This document shows, piece after piece, positions 31,598 to 41,264 of a stretch of 64,000 bases of DNA. The stretch comes from a virus (taxonomy: Duplodnaviria; Caudoviricetes): IMG/VR virus record IMGVR_UViG_3300018068_000002, positions 21,423-85,422 of that record; one strand, written 5' to 3'. A model generated the notes under the pieces. The model was not told where the DNA came from and made no database searches. It was given only the letters and a program-made list of their open reading frames with translations. The position numbers and the translations under genes are program-made. Position 1 is the first letter of the stretch; every line of letters starts with the position of its first letter.

Positions 31598-31732
31598 ATG
31601 GAAAAGATTGATCTTACTCGTTATGAGATTATGCGTCAAATGTATCTTAACGGTAAAATGTCAAAAAGTAAATGGACACGTATTTGTGAAATAATCGTCA
31701 ATGACCTGCTTAATGAGAGTAAGAAAGGTTGA
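31598..31732 (+). CDS. hypothetical 44-aa protein
   Basis: ATG after GAGG downstream of a consensus promoter. Confidence 0.5.
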   Translation: MEKIDLTRYEIMRQMYLNGKMSKSKWTRICEIIVNDLLNESKKG

Positions 31733-31735
31733 ATT

Positions 31736-31897
31736 ATGGAAAAATATATTTTGTGGAAAAATGGAAATGTCTGGAAAGTTTTTGATCCCGATACTAGCAC
31801 CCAAGTTGGAGAATTCAAAAGTGAGAGGGAAGCTCTTGCTTATATTAATGGAGAAGATCCATTAAAAATTCAAAACTTTTTTCTTAGGATAGGTTGA
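31736..31897 (+). CDS. hypothetical 53-aa protein
   Basis: Shares GEFK(S/T)ExEA with 42559..42747. Confidence 0.5.
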   Translation: MEKYILWKNGNVWKVFDPDTSTQVGEFKSEREALAYINGEDPLKIQNFFLRIG

Positions 31898-32021
31898 CAT
31901 CAATTTTACTTTGTGATATAATTATAATATAGAACAGAAACCGAAGTGAGCGGAATCCAAACGGTGACAAGTCTCCCGATTTGAGAAGTCTCGACCCACT
32001 TCATTTTTAAAAGGATATTTT

Positions 32022-32480
32022 ATGAATATTGAAAAAGAAATTATCAATCATTTTTATAATGTTCCTGTTGTTGTTGAAAAACGTTTTTGCTCTCGCGCAG
32101 TCTTAAAATTGGTTGTAAGTGATGAAACAGGACTTGTAAAAAAATGTGATCCTGAAGTTTTTCAAATTGCAAATGACAGTTGGGCAGATGAAAAAATGAT
32201 AAAGGGTCTTAACTCAAAAATGAAAAAGATTGCGCGACAATTCAATCCACGACTTGTTGGAATCTTACACGAAATTGGTCATGCCAAAACAGTTATTGGT
32301 ATGAATTGGGATTTTAATAAACAGTTTCGTATTTTAGTTAATAATTTAGATGTTGATGAAATTTTTGCAATTCGTTTATACCGAAAGATCCCTATTGAGA
32401 ATGTTGCAGATAAGTGGGCAATAAATTGGTTAATTGAAAATTCAGAATTAGCACATCATTGGTCACAATTACTGAATTGA
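32022..32480 (+). CDS. putative HExxH metallopeptidase-like protein
   Basis: GILHEIGH and downstream IENVADKWA. Confidence 0.6.
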   Translation: MNIEKEIINHFYNVPVVVEKRFCSRAVLKLVVSDETGLVKKCDPEVFQIANDSWADEKMIKGLNSKMKKIARQFNPRLVGILHEIGHAKTVIGMNWDFNKQFRILVNNLDVDEIFAIRLYRKIPIENVADKWAINWLIENSELAHHWSQLLN

Positions 32481-32666
32481 AGTCTGAAACCCTTACTCTC
32501 ACAGGGTTTTCAGGTTTCATTTTTCGGAGCATTGTTTGTGCATATTGCATAAAAAAATAGTTTTAATTTGTGCACTTTTTCTCTTGCAATGCAATGTGTT
32601 TGGTGATATAATAAATACATAAGAGGTGAGGCGAACACCATATGAAACGCAGAAAGAGATTTTAAT

Positions 32667-33023
32667 ATGAAGATTACCAAAGAAGTTAAATTGTTTGCAG
32701 AAAAAGAATTTGACAAAAAGGTTTCTGAAGTTCGTGATGCTTTCTATGCACCATATGTGGATAGGGAAAAACAAATTCGAGTTGAATTCAAACCATTTGT
32801 TGATGAATTGAATCGTCAGTACAATGAATTTTTGGCAAAATATCCAGATGCAAAACTTCGAGTTGATACACATTACAGTGACGAACGCTTTACAATTGGT
32901 AGCGTTTCCGTTATTCGCACTGACTTTAAAAATGATTTTGACAAAGTTCGTTTCATGGCCGAATTGTCAATGGGTGAATCACTTTCTGAAATCACAACCA
33001 TTCTTAATAAATATTTTAACTAA
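32667..33023 (+). CDS. hypothetical protein
   Basis: 118 aa ORF with its own promoter and terminator. Confidence 0.65.
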   Translation: MKITKEVKLFAEKEFDKKVSEVRDAFYAPYVDREKQIRVEFKPFVDELNRQYNEFLAKYPDAKLRVDTHYSDERFTIGSVSVIRTDFKNDFDKVRFMAELSMGESLSEITTILNKYFN

Positions 33024-33117
33024 GAGAGGGCGGGCAACCGCTTTCTTTCTTTTAAAAAAGTATTAACATTTATTTTATTTTATAGTATAATAAGATTATA
33101 GAAAGAAGGAAAGTAAA

Positions 33118-33297
33118 ATGATTTGTAAAGGGTGTTTGAACAAAGTTCATGAAATCACACAAGAAGAAAAAGATAAATTTGAATTTGCATTCGATGCAAA
33201 ATATTATTGTGACTGGTGCGATATCCTTCTTTATGAATTTGATGAAGTTGCAAGTGGAGTAGTAATAGATGCAGATGGAAATAGAGAATTTTGGTAA
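33118..33297 (+). CDS. small Cys-motif protein (59 aa)
   Basis: CKGC...CDWC; AGGA RBS. Confidence 0.5.
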   Translation: MICKGCLNKVHEITQEEKDKFEFAFDAKYYCDWCDILLYEFDEVASGVVIDADGNREFW

Positions 33298-33483
33298 GAG
33301 AACAAAAGTTCTCTTTTACTTTTTTCGTAAACGTTTACGATGGGTGGTCCGGCCTCCGGACTTGGAAACCGTTGCGAGAGTAGGCTTTCCAGTCACAAGA
33401 AAATTAAAAAATATTTTTAAAAAACGTTGACAGGGTGTTTTTTCTGTGGTATAATTAAAACATAGAAAAGAGAGGTAACGCAG

Positions 33484-33939
33484 ATGAACAAAGCAATTTA
33501 CTTTGATATGGACGGAACAGTTGCAAATCTATATGATGTTGAGAATTGGTTACCAATGCTTCGTGCTGAAGATCCAACCCCATATCTTATTGCTGAACCT
33601 AAAGTTGATATGGTAGAGTTGGTAAAAATTCTCGATCAACTTAAAAACAACGGTTATACAATCGGAATCATTACTTGGCTTTCGATGAATAGCACAGAGG
33701 GATATAAAAAGAAAGTTCGTGAAGCTAAGGCTGAATGGATTTCGAAATTTTTTCCATTCAACTTTGATGAAATTCACATGGTAAAATATGGTGCACCAAA
33801 ACACACAATAGCTAAAATTAAAAAAGGAATTTTAGTTGATGATAATAAAGAAGTTCGTGCCAATTGGTTAAAATATGGTGGTAATGTTATTGATGCAAAA
33901 CCAAAAACATGGCTTGACAATTTAAGAAAGTTGGTATAA
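33484..33939 (+). CDS. HAD-superfamily hydrolase (5'-nucleotidase-like)
   Basis: IYFDMDGT, ITW, LVDD motifs. Confidence 0.8.
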   Translation: MNKAIYFDMDGTVANLYDVENWLPMLRAEDPTPYLIAEPKVDMVELVKILDQLKNNGYTIGIITWLSMNSTEGYKKKVREAKAEWISKFFPFNFDEIHMVKYGAPKHTIAKIKKGILVDDNKEVRANWLKYGGNVIDAKPKTWLDNLRKLV

Positions 33940-34070
33940 AATATGATTGTAAAGATGATTTATGCAGATACTTTAAAAGAGATTGATTTTAAGGCATTAG
34001 GTCCAGGTAGTTATGAAATTATTTTGCCTGGAATTTGTATACCAATAACAATTAATGAAAGGGATAAAAA

Positions 34071-34274
34071 ATGAAAATTACTGTTTGTTTAAAGGTTTAT
34101 AAATATATTGATCTTGATTTGCCTGAGAATGTTGTTAATGATATTTCAACAGATGATATTGACATTGATAGCATTCCTGAAATTAAACAAATAATTGAAG
34201 ATCAAGAAGAATGTACAAATACTAAAATTTGTAATATTTTTTGTGAAGAAAAAGATCAATATATTTTCGAATAA
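34071..34274 (+). CDS. hypothetical protein
   Basis: 67 aa ORF with RBS. Confidence 0.55.
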   Translation: MKITVCLKVYKYIDLDLPENVVNDISTDDIDIDSIPEIKQIIEDQEECTNTKICNIFCEEKDQYIFE

Positions 34275-34439
34275 TAAAAAAAGTCAATCTTTGAAATCTT
34301 ACAGAGAGTAGGATTTCAAGGTTTTCTTTTTGGACGGGCAGCGCGTATATTGCACAAAAAAGAAATAATATCTTCGTGCAATTGTCACTTGAACCATTCT
34401 CCAGTTATGGTATAATGAATACATAAAGGAGATTAACTT

Positions 34440-34904
34440 ATGAATAAATATGAAATTTTAGCTAAAAATGTTGATTCTCTTGAGTGGATTGGTTCTGGTT
34501 GTTCTCGTGATGCTTATTATGCTCGCAACGAAAATCTTGTTATTAAAATTCCGCATTGTAATGGTGAAAGACAAGAAGAAAATGAACTTAACATTTTTAA
34601 GAATATGAAAAAATTCTATCTTAAAATTTTTCCTATTGTTGATATTATTGAATATAATAAAAGACAAATTACTATCATGAAAAAATGTGAAGTTCTTTCC
34701 GAATTTGCAGAAGATTATGATTTTGATAATGTTGATTGGGAAAGTTTTAATGATTTGTTAAAACTTGCTCAAGATTTAGATCTTAACACAAAATACGTGC
34801 GTATGCTTCATAAATTTATTCATAAATATAAAATATATGATTTATTTGAAAATAATCTTGGTGTCTTTGAAAATCGCTTAGTAATTATTGATGCAGGCGG
34901 TTAA
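34440..34904 (+). CDS. minimal protein-kinase-like protein
   Basis: IGSGCSRDAY (Gly loop), VIKIP, E in helix C, YDLFENNLG (catalytic loop), LVIIDAG (DFG-like). Confidence 0.65.
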   Translation: MNKYEILAKNVDSLEWIGSGCSRDAYYARNENLVIKIPHCNGERQEENELNIFKNMKKFYLKIFPIVDIIEYNKRQITIMKKCEVLSEFAEDYDFDNVDWESFNDLLKLAQDLDLNTKYVRMLHKFIHKYKIYDLFENNLGVFENRLVIIDAGG

Positions 34905-35071
34905 TCTAATAAAAGAAAGTCTGAAGATGCCCTTGCACCAGGACTTTTCAGGCTTTTCTTTCGGGCCATCGGGCCGTGATTTTGCACAAAAAAATATTTT
35001 AAATTTGTGCATTTTACATATTGAATTGATCCCAAATCTGTTGTATAATAATAGAGAAAGAAGAGGAATTT

Positions 35072-35758
35072 ATGAAAAAGAAATTGTATTTGATTCTTGA
35101 TATTGAGGGCGCGGGTGAGTGTGATTGCGCATTTGCTTATGATGTCGGCGGTGTCGTATGTAATAAACGTGGGGAAATTATTGATACCTTTTCTTTTGTT
35201 GTTCGTGATATTTTTAATTATGAATCTCAATTAATGGCCTCTGCTTACTATAGTAAAAAGATCCCTCTTTATCGCGCAGGATTGAATGTTGGTGAGTTTA
35301 AATTGGAATCATTCTACAATGTTAGAAAACATATTCATGATGTTATTAAAATGTATGATATTGATTATGTTCTTGCTTACAATGCAGGTTATGATGTTAA
35401 CGGTTTAAATAATACTCAACGTTGGCTCACAAAATCAAAATATCGTTGGTTCTTGCCTTATGGTACAAAAGTCGGTTGTATTTGGCATATGGCTTGCCAA
35501 GTGCTTTGCACTCAGAAATCATATGTAAAGTTTATTGATGATAATGGATTGCGTAAAACTTCCGGCAGACTTCCGACTTCTGCTGAAATCGTTTATGCTT
35601 ATATGATTGATGATGTATCTTTTATTGAATCTCATACTGGTTTAGAAGATGCCATTATTGAATCTGCTATCTTTAGTCGTTGTATGCGCCAAAAGAAAAA
35701 AATGGATAAATCAATTAACAAAAGGTGTTGGGCAATTCCCCAAGAAAAGGTAGTTTAA
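35072..35758 (+). CDS. DEDDh 3'-5' exonuclease
   Basis: LILDIE, AYNAGYD, ESHTGLEDA. Confidence 0.85.
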   Translation: MKKKLYLILDIEGAGECDCAFAYDVGGVVCNKRGEIIDTFSFVVRDIFNYESQLMASAYYSKKIPLYRAGLNVGEFKLESFYNVRKHIHDVIKMYDIDYVLAYNAGYDVNGLNNTQRWLTKSKYRWFLPYGTKVGCIWHMACQVLCTQKSYVKFIDDNGLRKTSGRLPTSAEIVYAYMIDDVSFIESHTGLEDAIIESAIFSRCMRQKKKMDKSINKRCWAIPQEKVV

Positions 35759-36180
35759 ATGTTTACTATTGAAGAAATTTATTTCATTGAAAAAATGACA
35801 GAGGGCGCTTGCATGATGTGCGGTGTAAGAATGTCTTGCCAAGAATGTAAGGTTTTTAAGATTCAAGATAAATGTGAAGATATGATAAGGGAAGGAATAA
35901 AATAAAATAGTCGAGTCCGCAAACCTTACTGCCGCAGGGCTTTCGAGGTTTGTTGGACGGAGCATCGCCGTAAACGTTTACGAAAAAATATTTTTTATTT
36001 GGTAGCCGTGGATACTTTACAAAGGTCTGACTACGTGGTATACTTAGTACATGAGGTGAGGGAAACAGACACCGAAAAAAATTAAAAAAGTTTTTTGAAA
36101 AGTGTTGACAAGTCCTAAAATCTCTGGTATAATGAATATATAAAGAACAGGGTGGTGGCCGACACCGAAAGGAATCAATT

Positions 36181-36510
36181 ATGAGTGAAATGAAACAAGC
36201 CGAACGTCTCAATGCTGTCCGTAACGCCGCAATCGCTATGCTGAACCTGCCTGCTGATGCCAAACTCGTCAAGACTGGTACTTTCGCTTTCGAAACCGAG
36301 TTCGGTCCTGTCCGTGTCGCAATCACCGCTGTTAAAGATGTTGATAACTTCAACATCACGGACGAAGCCGAAGCTTTCGAGTTCGATCTGAAAGATCGTG
36401 AGAACAAAGCGCTGACTCGCAAGATCAAGGCTGACGAAAAGAAAGCCGCAAATATTGCCAAGAAAGTCAAACAGGCGGAAGCCAAGGAAGCCGCTGAACC
36501 CAAAGCATGA
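36181..36510 (+). CDS. K/A-tailed small protein, paralog 1
   Basis: GTFAFETEFGPVRVAITAVKD core; strong codon bias. Confidence 0.8.
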   Translation: MSEMKQAERLNAVRNAAIAMLNLPADAKLVKTGTFAFETEFGPVRVAITAVKDVDNFNITDEAEAFEFDLKDRENKALTRKIKADEKKAANIAKKVKQAEAKEAAEPKA

Positions 36511-36916
36511 TCTCGCACCTGAGCACGTGGGTAAACCGCTCACCAAAATGGTTTATGGTAAACCAAAGCGCTACCTATTTTAGCCACGCAGGAAAAACCA
36601 TTTGTCCGACCTGAGTATGTCGTTAAACCGCTCACCAAGTCGTTTGCCAATCGACCATAAACAGGGCATAGCCTTTGGTACGCTTAGGCGATAAACAGTA
36701 CAAGTTATCGTGGGGACGCTTGCGATTGCGAAGAAAGAAAAAGAGGGGACGCCCTTTTTTTTGTCACTACCGTAAACGTTTACGCCGGTAGTCCGCGAAA
36801 ATATTTTTGAAACCTTACTCTCTCTAGGGTTTGCGGGCACACTAATATTAGAATAAGTGTTGACTTATGTTGGATTGTGGGGTATAATTAGGATATAAGA
36901 AAGAGAGGAAATACAA

Positions 36917-37180
36917 ATGGGTTGGAAAAAAATTACTAGTGAGGTTCGCGTTTGTGACATATGTGGTGAAGTGTTTTCCTGCCCTATTATTATAGATGGC
37001 AAAGAATATTGTACCAATTGCTATAATCATGAGTTTGTTGAATGTGATGTTTGTGGTCATGAAAAACATAAAAGTTTAATGATCCCAGATGATTATGTTT
37101 TTGATAGATTGGTTTGTAAAGAGTGTATAAAAGAAAAATATGAATATTATAAAGAAATAGTAGAGGGAAAGAAATGGTAG
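36917..37180 (+). CDS. Cys-rich Zn-ribbon protein
   Basis: Four CxxC motifs. Confidence 0.65.
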   Translation: MGWKKITSEVRVCDICGEVFSCPIIIDGKEYCTNCYNHEFVECDVCGHEKHKSLMIPDDYVFDRLVCKECIKEKYEYYKEIVEGKKW

Positions 37181-37485
37181 ACTTTTGTTTTGGTCCTTAT
37201 ACTACAGATCAAATGATTGCTAAGGTTGAAGATCTCAAAAAAAATTATCTTGACTTTGATGTTCTCATTATGCTTGAAGTTGTACTTGGATTACTTAAAG
37301 AAAAAAGATTGAAAGAGATGTTTAAATAAGATGATTACTGATGAATTAATCAAAATTTGTCTCAATTTTAACATAATTATCCTTAAAATGGATAAAAAAA
37401 CATGTTTTTTACTACAAAAAAACATTGATAATGTAGTAGATGGATTAGAAAATATATCAAAAATGATAGAAAATGAGGAAAAAAT

Positions 37486-37860
37486 ATGAAAAAAATTAAA
37501 ATAGTTTCTTATTATGAACATAATGCAGTTTATATTAATGATAAATTGTATGATATTTATAAAGATGATGGTTTTGAATTGGGTGTTGAAATTGGTAAAA
37601 TAGTTGGAGAATACAATAATCATGAAATAGAATATAGTGATCTTGAGGATTATGATGATAATCCAGGGTATTCAGAATTTGAATTTCCAAATTATCTTTA
37701 TGAAATTTATAGATACTTCATGAAACAAAAACAAGTGGAAATTAGTGAATGTCCAGATGACGGAGATCCCGCTAATGATTGCCGTGGTTGTTGTTATGGT
37801 GGTGATTACCATTATGATCCAGATACCGATGAATGTGTCAGAAGAGAGGAAGAAGAATAA
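37486..37860 (+). CDS. acidic hypothetical protein with Cys-rich C-terminus
   Basis: CPDD..DCRGCC..EC. Confidence 0.6.
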   Translation: MKKIKIVSYYEHNAVYINDKLYDIYKDDGFELGVEIGKIVGEYNNHEIEYSDLEDYDDNPGYSEFEFPNYLYEIYRYFMKQKQVEISECPDDGDPANDCRGCCYGGDYHYDPDTDECVRREEEE

Positions 37861-38385
37861 TCTAAAATAGTGAAGTCTGGAGATGCCTGATAATAGGGCG
37901 TTCCCAGACTTTATTTTCGGACTACCGGTTGTCATGACATCTTTACATCCTTACATCATGATGTCTACTCCTCTTGTCCTCTTGTCAATAAGTTGACTTA
38001 TCAAATAATTGACTGCCTAATATCTAACAAGCTAGGACAAGCTACGTTGCCACAGCTACAAAAAGCTAGAACCGTAAACGTTTACGGAAACCATATCTCA
38101 TATCTCCCCTTTTAATTATACCATAGCAGCTAGGATTTGTCAAGAGATCATAAACGTTTCCGGAAAAAATTTTTGTTTAAAATTGGTAGCCACCGCATCT
38201 TTACAAAAGTCCGCAGGTGGAGTATAATTATATTATAAGGTTGAGGAAAAGAAAGTGACGGCAATCGGATTCGCGGTTGCTGGAGCGTAGCTCCAGAAAC
38301 TTGACTTCCCTCTCCTTATACGGTATAATATTAGTATAAGGGTAGTGACCTACACTGTGCCCAATGGGCGGAAAGTGAGTAACAA

Positions 38386-38712
38386 ATGGAGAAGATGAAG
38401 CAGGCCGACAAGTTCGCTATGGCGAGAGCTGAAGCACAGGCTAGATTTGACATGACCGATGCCGTCCAGGTGGGCGTTGGTGAGTTCGCAATCAAAACCG
38501 AGGCTGGTGCTGTTAAGGTTAAGTTCACCGCCGTCAAGGACGTGGACTTCGACTTCGAGCAGGCTAAGGCGGACTTCGAGTTCGATCAGAAAGACAAGGC
38601 CGAAAAGGCCGCAGTTAGAAAAGCCAAAGCTGAGGCCGCAAAGGTCGCAAATGTGGCTAAAAAGGAAAAGCAGAAAGCTAAGGCCGAAGCAGAAGCTAAA
38701 GCCGCTGAGTAA
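38386..38712 (+). CDS. K/A-tailed small protein, paralog 2
   Basis: GEFAIKTEAGAVKVKFTAVKD core. Confidence 0.8.
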   Translation: MEKMKQADKFAMARAEAQARFDMTDAVQVGVGEFAIKTEAGAVKVKFTAVKDVDFDFEQAKADFEFDQKDKAEKAAVRKAKAEAAKVANVAKKEKQKAKAEAEAKAAE

Positions 38713-39519
38713 GTGCGCACCTAGGCATGTGCTTAAACCGCCCACCAGCCCATATCCCATAGTAGCGTGGCGGCAAATTGGGTGGCGACATGCCTTTAGG
38801 GTCCAAAAAGAAAGCCAAAATCCTCTACAAAAAATGGGGTAAGAGAGAGTGCGCGAGCACTCTCTTTTTTTGCATTATAAAAGTAAGCGCGCAAACGTCG
38901 CCCATAACCCCACTATGTAGCGTATATTTTTTATGCGGTGGCAAAACGGGGCAAATTCAATGCTAAAATGGGGCAGACCGCAGGAGCTACTTTATAGCCC
39001 CACAATGTAGCAGCTACAACATTTGTTATATCTGTGTAAATTTTTCGTCACTATAGCGAAATTTCCACAGACTCCCCCTCATTGCGTTTCCTTTGAAGTC
39101 CACTACATTTAGTATAACATAAATATAGAAAAAAGTCAAGGATTGGCAGTTACAGCCCCACTCGCGCCATGCTCTCCACTTGACAAACAAGCTACGATGT
39201 GGTACATACTCCATACTCCCCCTCTTTATTATAGCACATTTATTGGCTTTTGTCAAGAAGCTACAAAGCTAGAAAATACAAAGTCAAATACTTGACATGG
39301 GCGCGCATCTATGTTATACTTAAAGTAGAAAGTGAGGAAGAAAATATGAGTGAACAAGAGATCAATGAAATGTATCTTGACTACCTTTCAAAATATAATG
39401 GCGATTCACTTAATGACACATTTCAAAAACTAAAATAGTTGACAATACTCCCCACATATGATATAATAATATTATAAAGAATGGGTAGCGACCTACCGCT
39501 AGAAATTGGAGATAAACAT

Positions 39520-39783
39520 ATGTCTGAACTCAAAACTAACGAACGCCTTGCCCTTGTTCGCGCCGAAGCCCTTGCCCTTTTACCTGCCCTTGAGGATGCC
39601 GCAAAAATTGGGACTGGAACCTACATTATTGTGACTGAACATGGTGATGCTAAGATTACTATTTCCGCCATCAAAGACGAAAACTATGATGTCGATGAAG
39701 AAGTCTTGAAGTATGAAACCAAACTTGCGACTGCGGCCGCAAAAGCTGAAGAAAAAGCAGCTAAAGCAGCAGCCAAAGCCTAA
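39520..39783 (+). CDS. K/A-tailed small protein, paralog 3
   Basis: ATG at 39520 after GGAG; GTYIIVTEHGDAKITISAIKD core. Confidence 0.8.
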   Translation: MSELKTNERLALVRAEALALLPALEDAAKIGTGTYIIVTEHGDAKITISAIKDENYDVDEEVLKYETKLATAAAKAEEKAAKAAAKA

Positions 39784-39789
39784 TCCACT

Positions 39790-39820
39790 GAGGAAAACTT
39801 AACGGTTTTCCTCTTTTTTT
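39790..39820 (+). terminator. Rho-independent terminator
   Basis: GAGGAAAAC-loop-GTTTTCCTC followed by T7. Confidence 0.75.
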
Positions 39821-39959
39821 ATGCAGTCAAAAGCTTGACAAAAGTCAAAAATGAGCGCACCATCACATTTTGCTACCCCTCTCCCACGTTCCACACTCAC
39901 TACCCTCCCCGGACACTCTTGGGGGCAATTTTCCGCCAATCTACCACCCATCTATTACT

Positions 39960-40290
39960 TAATATACTATTGTTACTGGTACTACTACTACTACTACTGG
40001 TATTGGTACTATACTACTACTAGTACTACTAGAGTACTTAATTGATAGATATTTGATAGGTTAGTAATAGTATGTGACTACTACTAGATAACAAGACACT
40101 AGATAGATATCTATTGGTTATTAATAGGTTATTAATAGGTAGATAAAAAGATAAGTACTTATTTGATAGATAAGTACTTATTTAATAATAGATTATTAAT
40201 AGTTAAGTGATATATAATAGATATCTATTAGATAAGTAATAGACTATTACTTATCTATTAGTTATTAATAGATATTTAACATAATATTTG
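39960..40290. repeat. AT-rich tract of TAC repeats and short palindromes
   Basis: ATAAGTACTTAT x2, ATAGATATCTAT x2, GGTTATTAATA tandem, 14-bp perfect inverted repeat 40229-40257. Confidence 0.75.
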
Positions 40291-40447
40291 GGAGACTTTT
40301 TTTTAGATACTAATTTTTTAACTTATACTAGAAATGTATTAGGTAAACCAGCAGTTTCAAATGAAAAGTGAAACTTTTTACTTTCACAATAGAATAGCAG
40401 TGGGAATGCGCGCGAAGCACCAATTATTTAGGTTCTTGTTGCCGCAA

Positions 40448-40855
40448 TCACACACTAGTTTCATTTTTTTTTCTATCCCTCCTTAACCATTCTATCGTAC
40501 CATTTATGCAAATTGCCGCATCCTCATCACCATTACATTTGTCAGGATAATTGACACAGCAAGAACAATTTAAAATCTTTGCTAAATCTTCTATTTCCAT
40601 TCCAAAACGAATCCACTCATGATTAGTGATTGGTTTTGTTTCTTCTTCGTCTGCTAAACCTACAAACTCTTCATCTTTCCACATTCCCTCAAATTCTTTA
40701 ATACGATATTGGAATTTGGGATGACAAACTTCATCATCTTTAATTGTTACTACTGTGCCAACTAAATGCCCATAGTCCCAAATAGCAGCTTCGTTCCAAT
40801 CTAAATCCTTAAGTTCTTTAACTAATACTCTATCCCCTGGTTTATACTTTGCCAT
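40448..40855 (-). CDS. SH3/KOW-like + Cys-rich protein, array member 5
   Basis: YKPGDRVLVK...GTVVTI...LNCSCCVNY...C..GTIEWL. Confidence 0.8.
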   Translation of the reverse strand: MAKYKPGDRVLVKELKDLDWNEAAIWDYGHLVGTVVTIKDDEVCHPKFQYRIKEFEGMWKDEEFVGLADEEETKPITNHEWIRFGMEIEDLAKILNCSCCVNYPDKCNGDEDAAICINGTIEWLRRDRKKNETSV

Positions 40856-41264
40856 CTTTAACTTCCTCCTCTAACCAAGCAATTGTGCCTTTCTCACAAG
40901 TAGCTTTATTAAACTTCTCTGGGCAACTTTTCTTTTGGTAGTGGATACAATAACTACAATTAAGTATTTCAACCAATTGTTTATTTGTCATAGCTAGTAA
41001 CCTAGTTTTATTAGTACTCTTTTTAATTGGTTCTATCCATAATCCTTCAATCATATCGTCATACCACCACCAGTGATGCGCTCCTGATTCTCGAGTGCCC
41101 TGATCTTCAATCATAACATATCCACCATCATCATCTATTTTTAAAATAGTCATGACCGTGCCAGCCCAACGATCCATTTCTCCTTCTGAATTTATAAAAC
41201 TACATTTTTTAAGTTTTTCAATTGGTTTAATTATAACTTTATCATCTTTTTTATATTTCAGCAT
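40842..41264 (-). CDS. SH3/KOW-like + Cys-rich protein, array member 4
   Basis: YKKDDKVIIKP...LNCSYCIHY..CP.KFN..C.KGTIAWL. Confidence 0.8.
   Translation of the reverse strand: MLKYKKDDKVIIKPIEKLKKCSFINSEGEMDRWAGTVMTILKIDDDGGYVMIEDQGTRESGAHHWWWYDDMIEGLWIEPIKKSTNKTRLLAMTNKQLVEILNCSYCIHYQKKSCPEKFNKATCEKGTIAWLEEEVKDGKV

Larger units (their letters stand above)
31447..38086. repeat. dispersed perfect palindrome CGTAAACGTTTACG (5 copies)
   Basis: 31447-31460, 33326-33339, 35969-35982, 36771-36784, 38073-38086; degenerate copy 38150-38162; all intergenic. Confidence 0.9.

Noticed and set aside
31447-38086. CRISPR array
   Set aside because: Repeats are 14 bp, irregularly spaced by hundreds to thousands of nt with genes between; no cas genes.
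35856-38842. Long overlapping ORFs 35856..36518, 36175..36546, 38350..38760, 38459..38842
   Set aside because: By-products of the strong codon bias of the real genes at 36181 and 38386.
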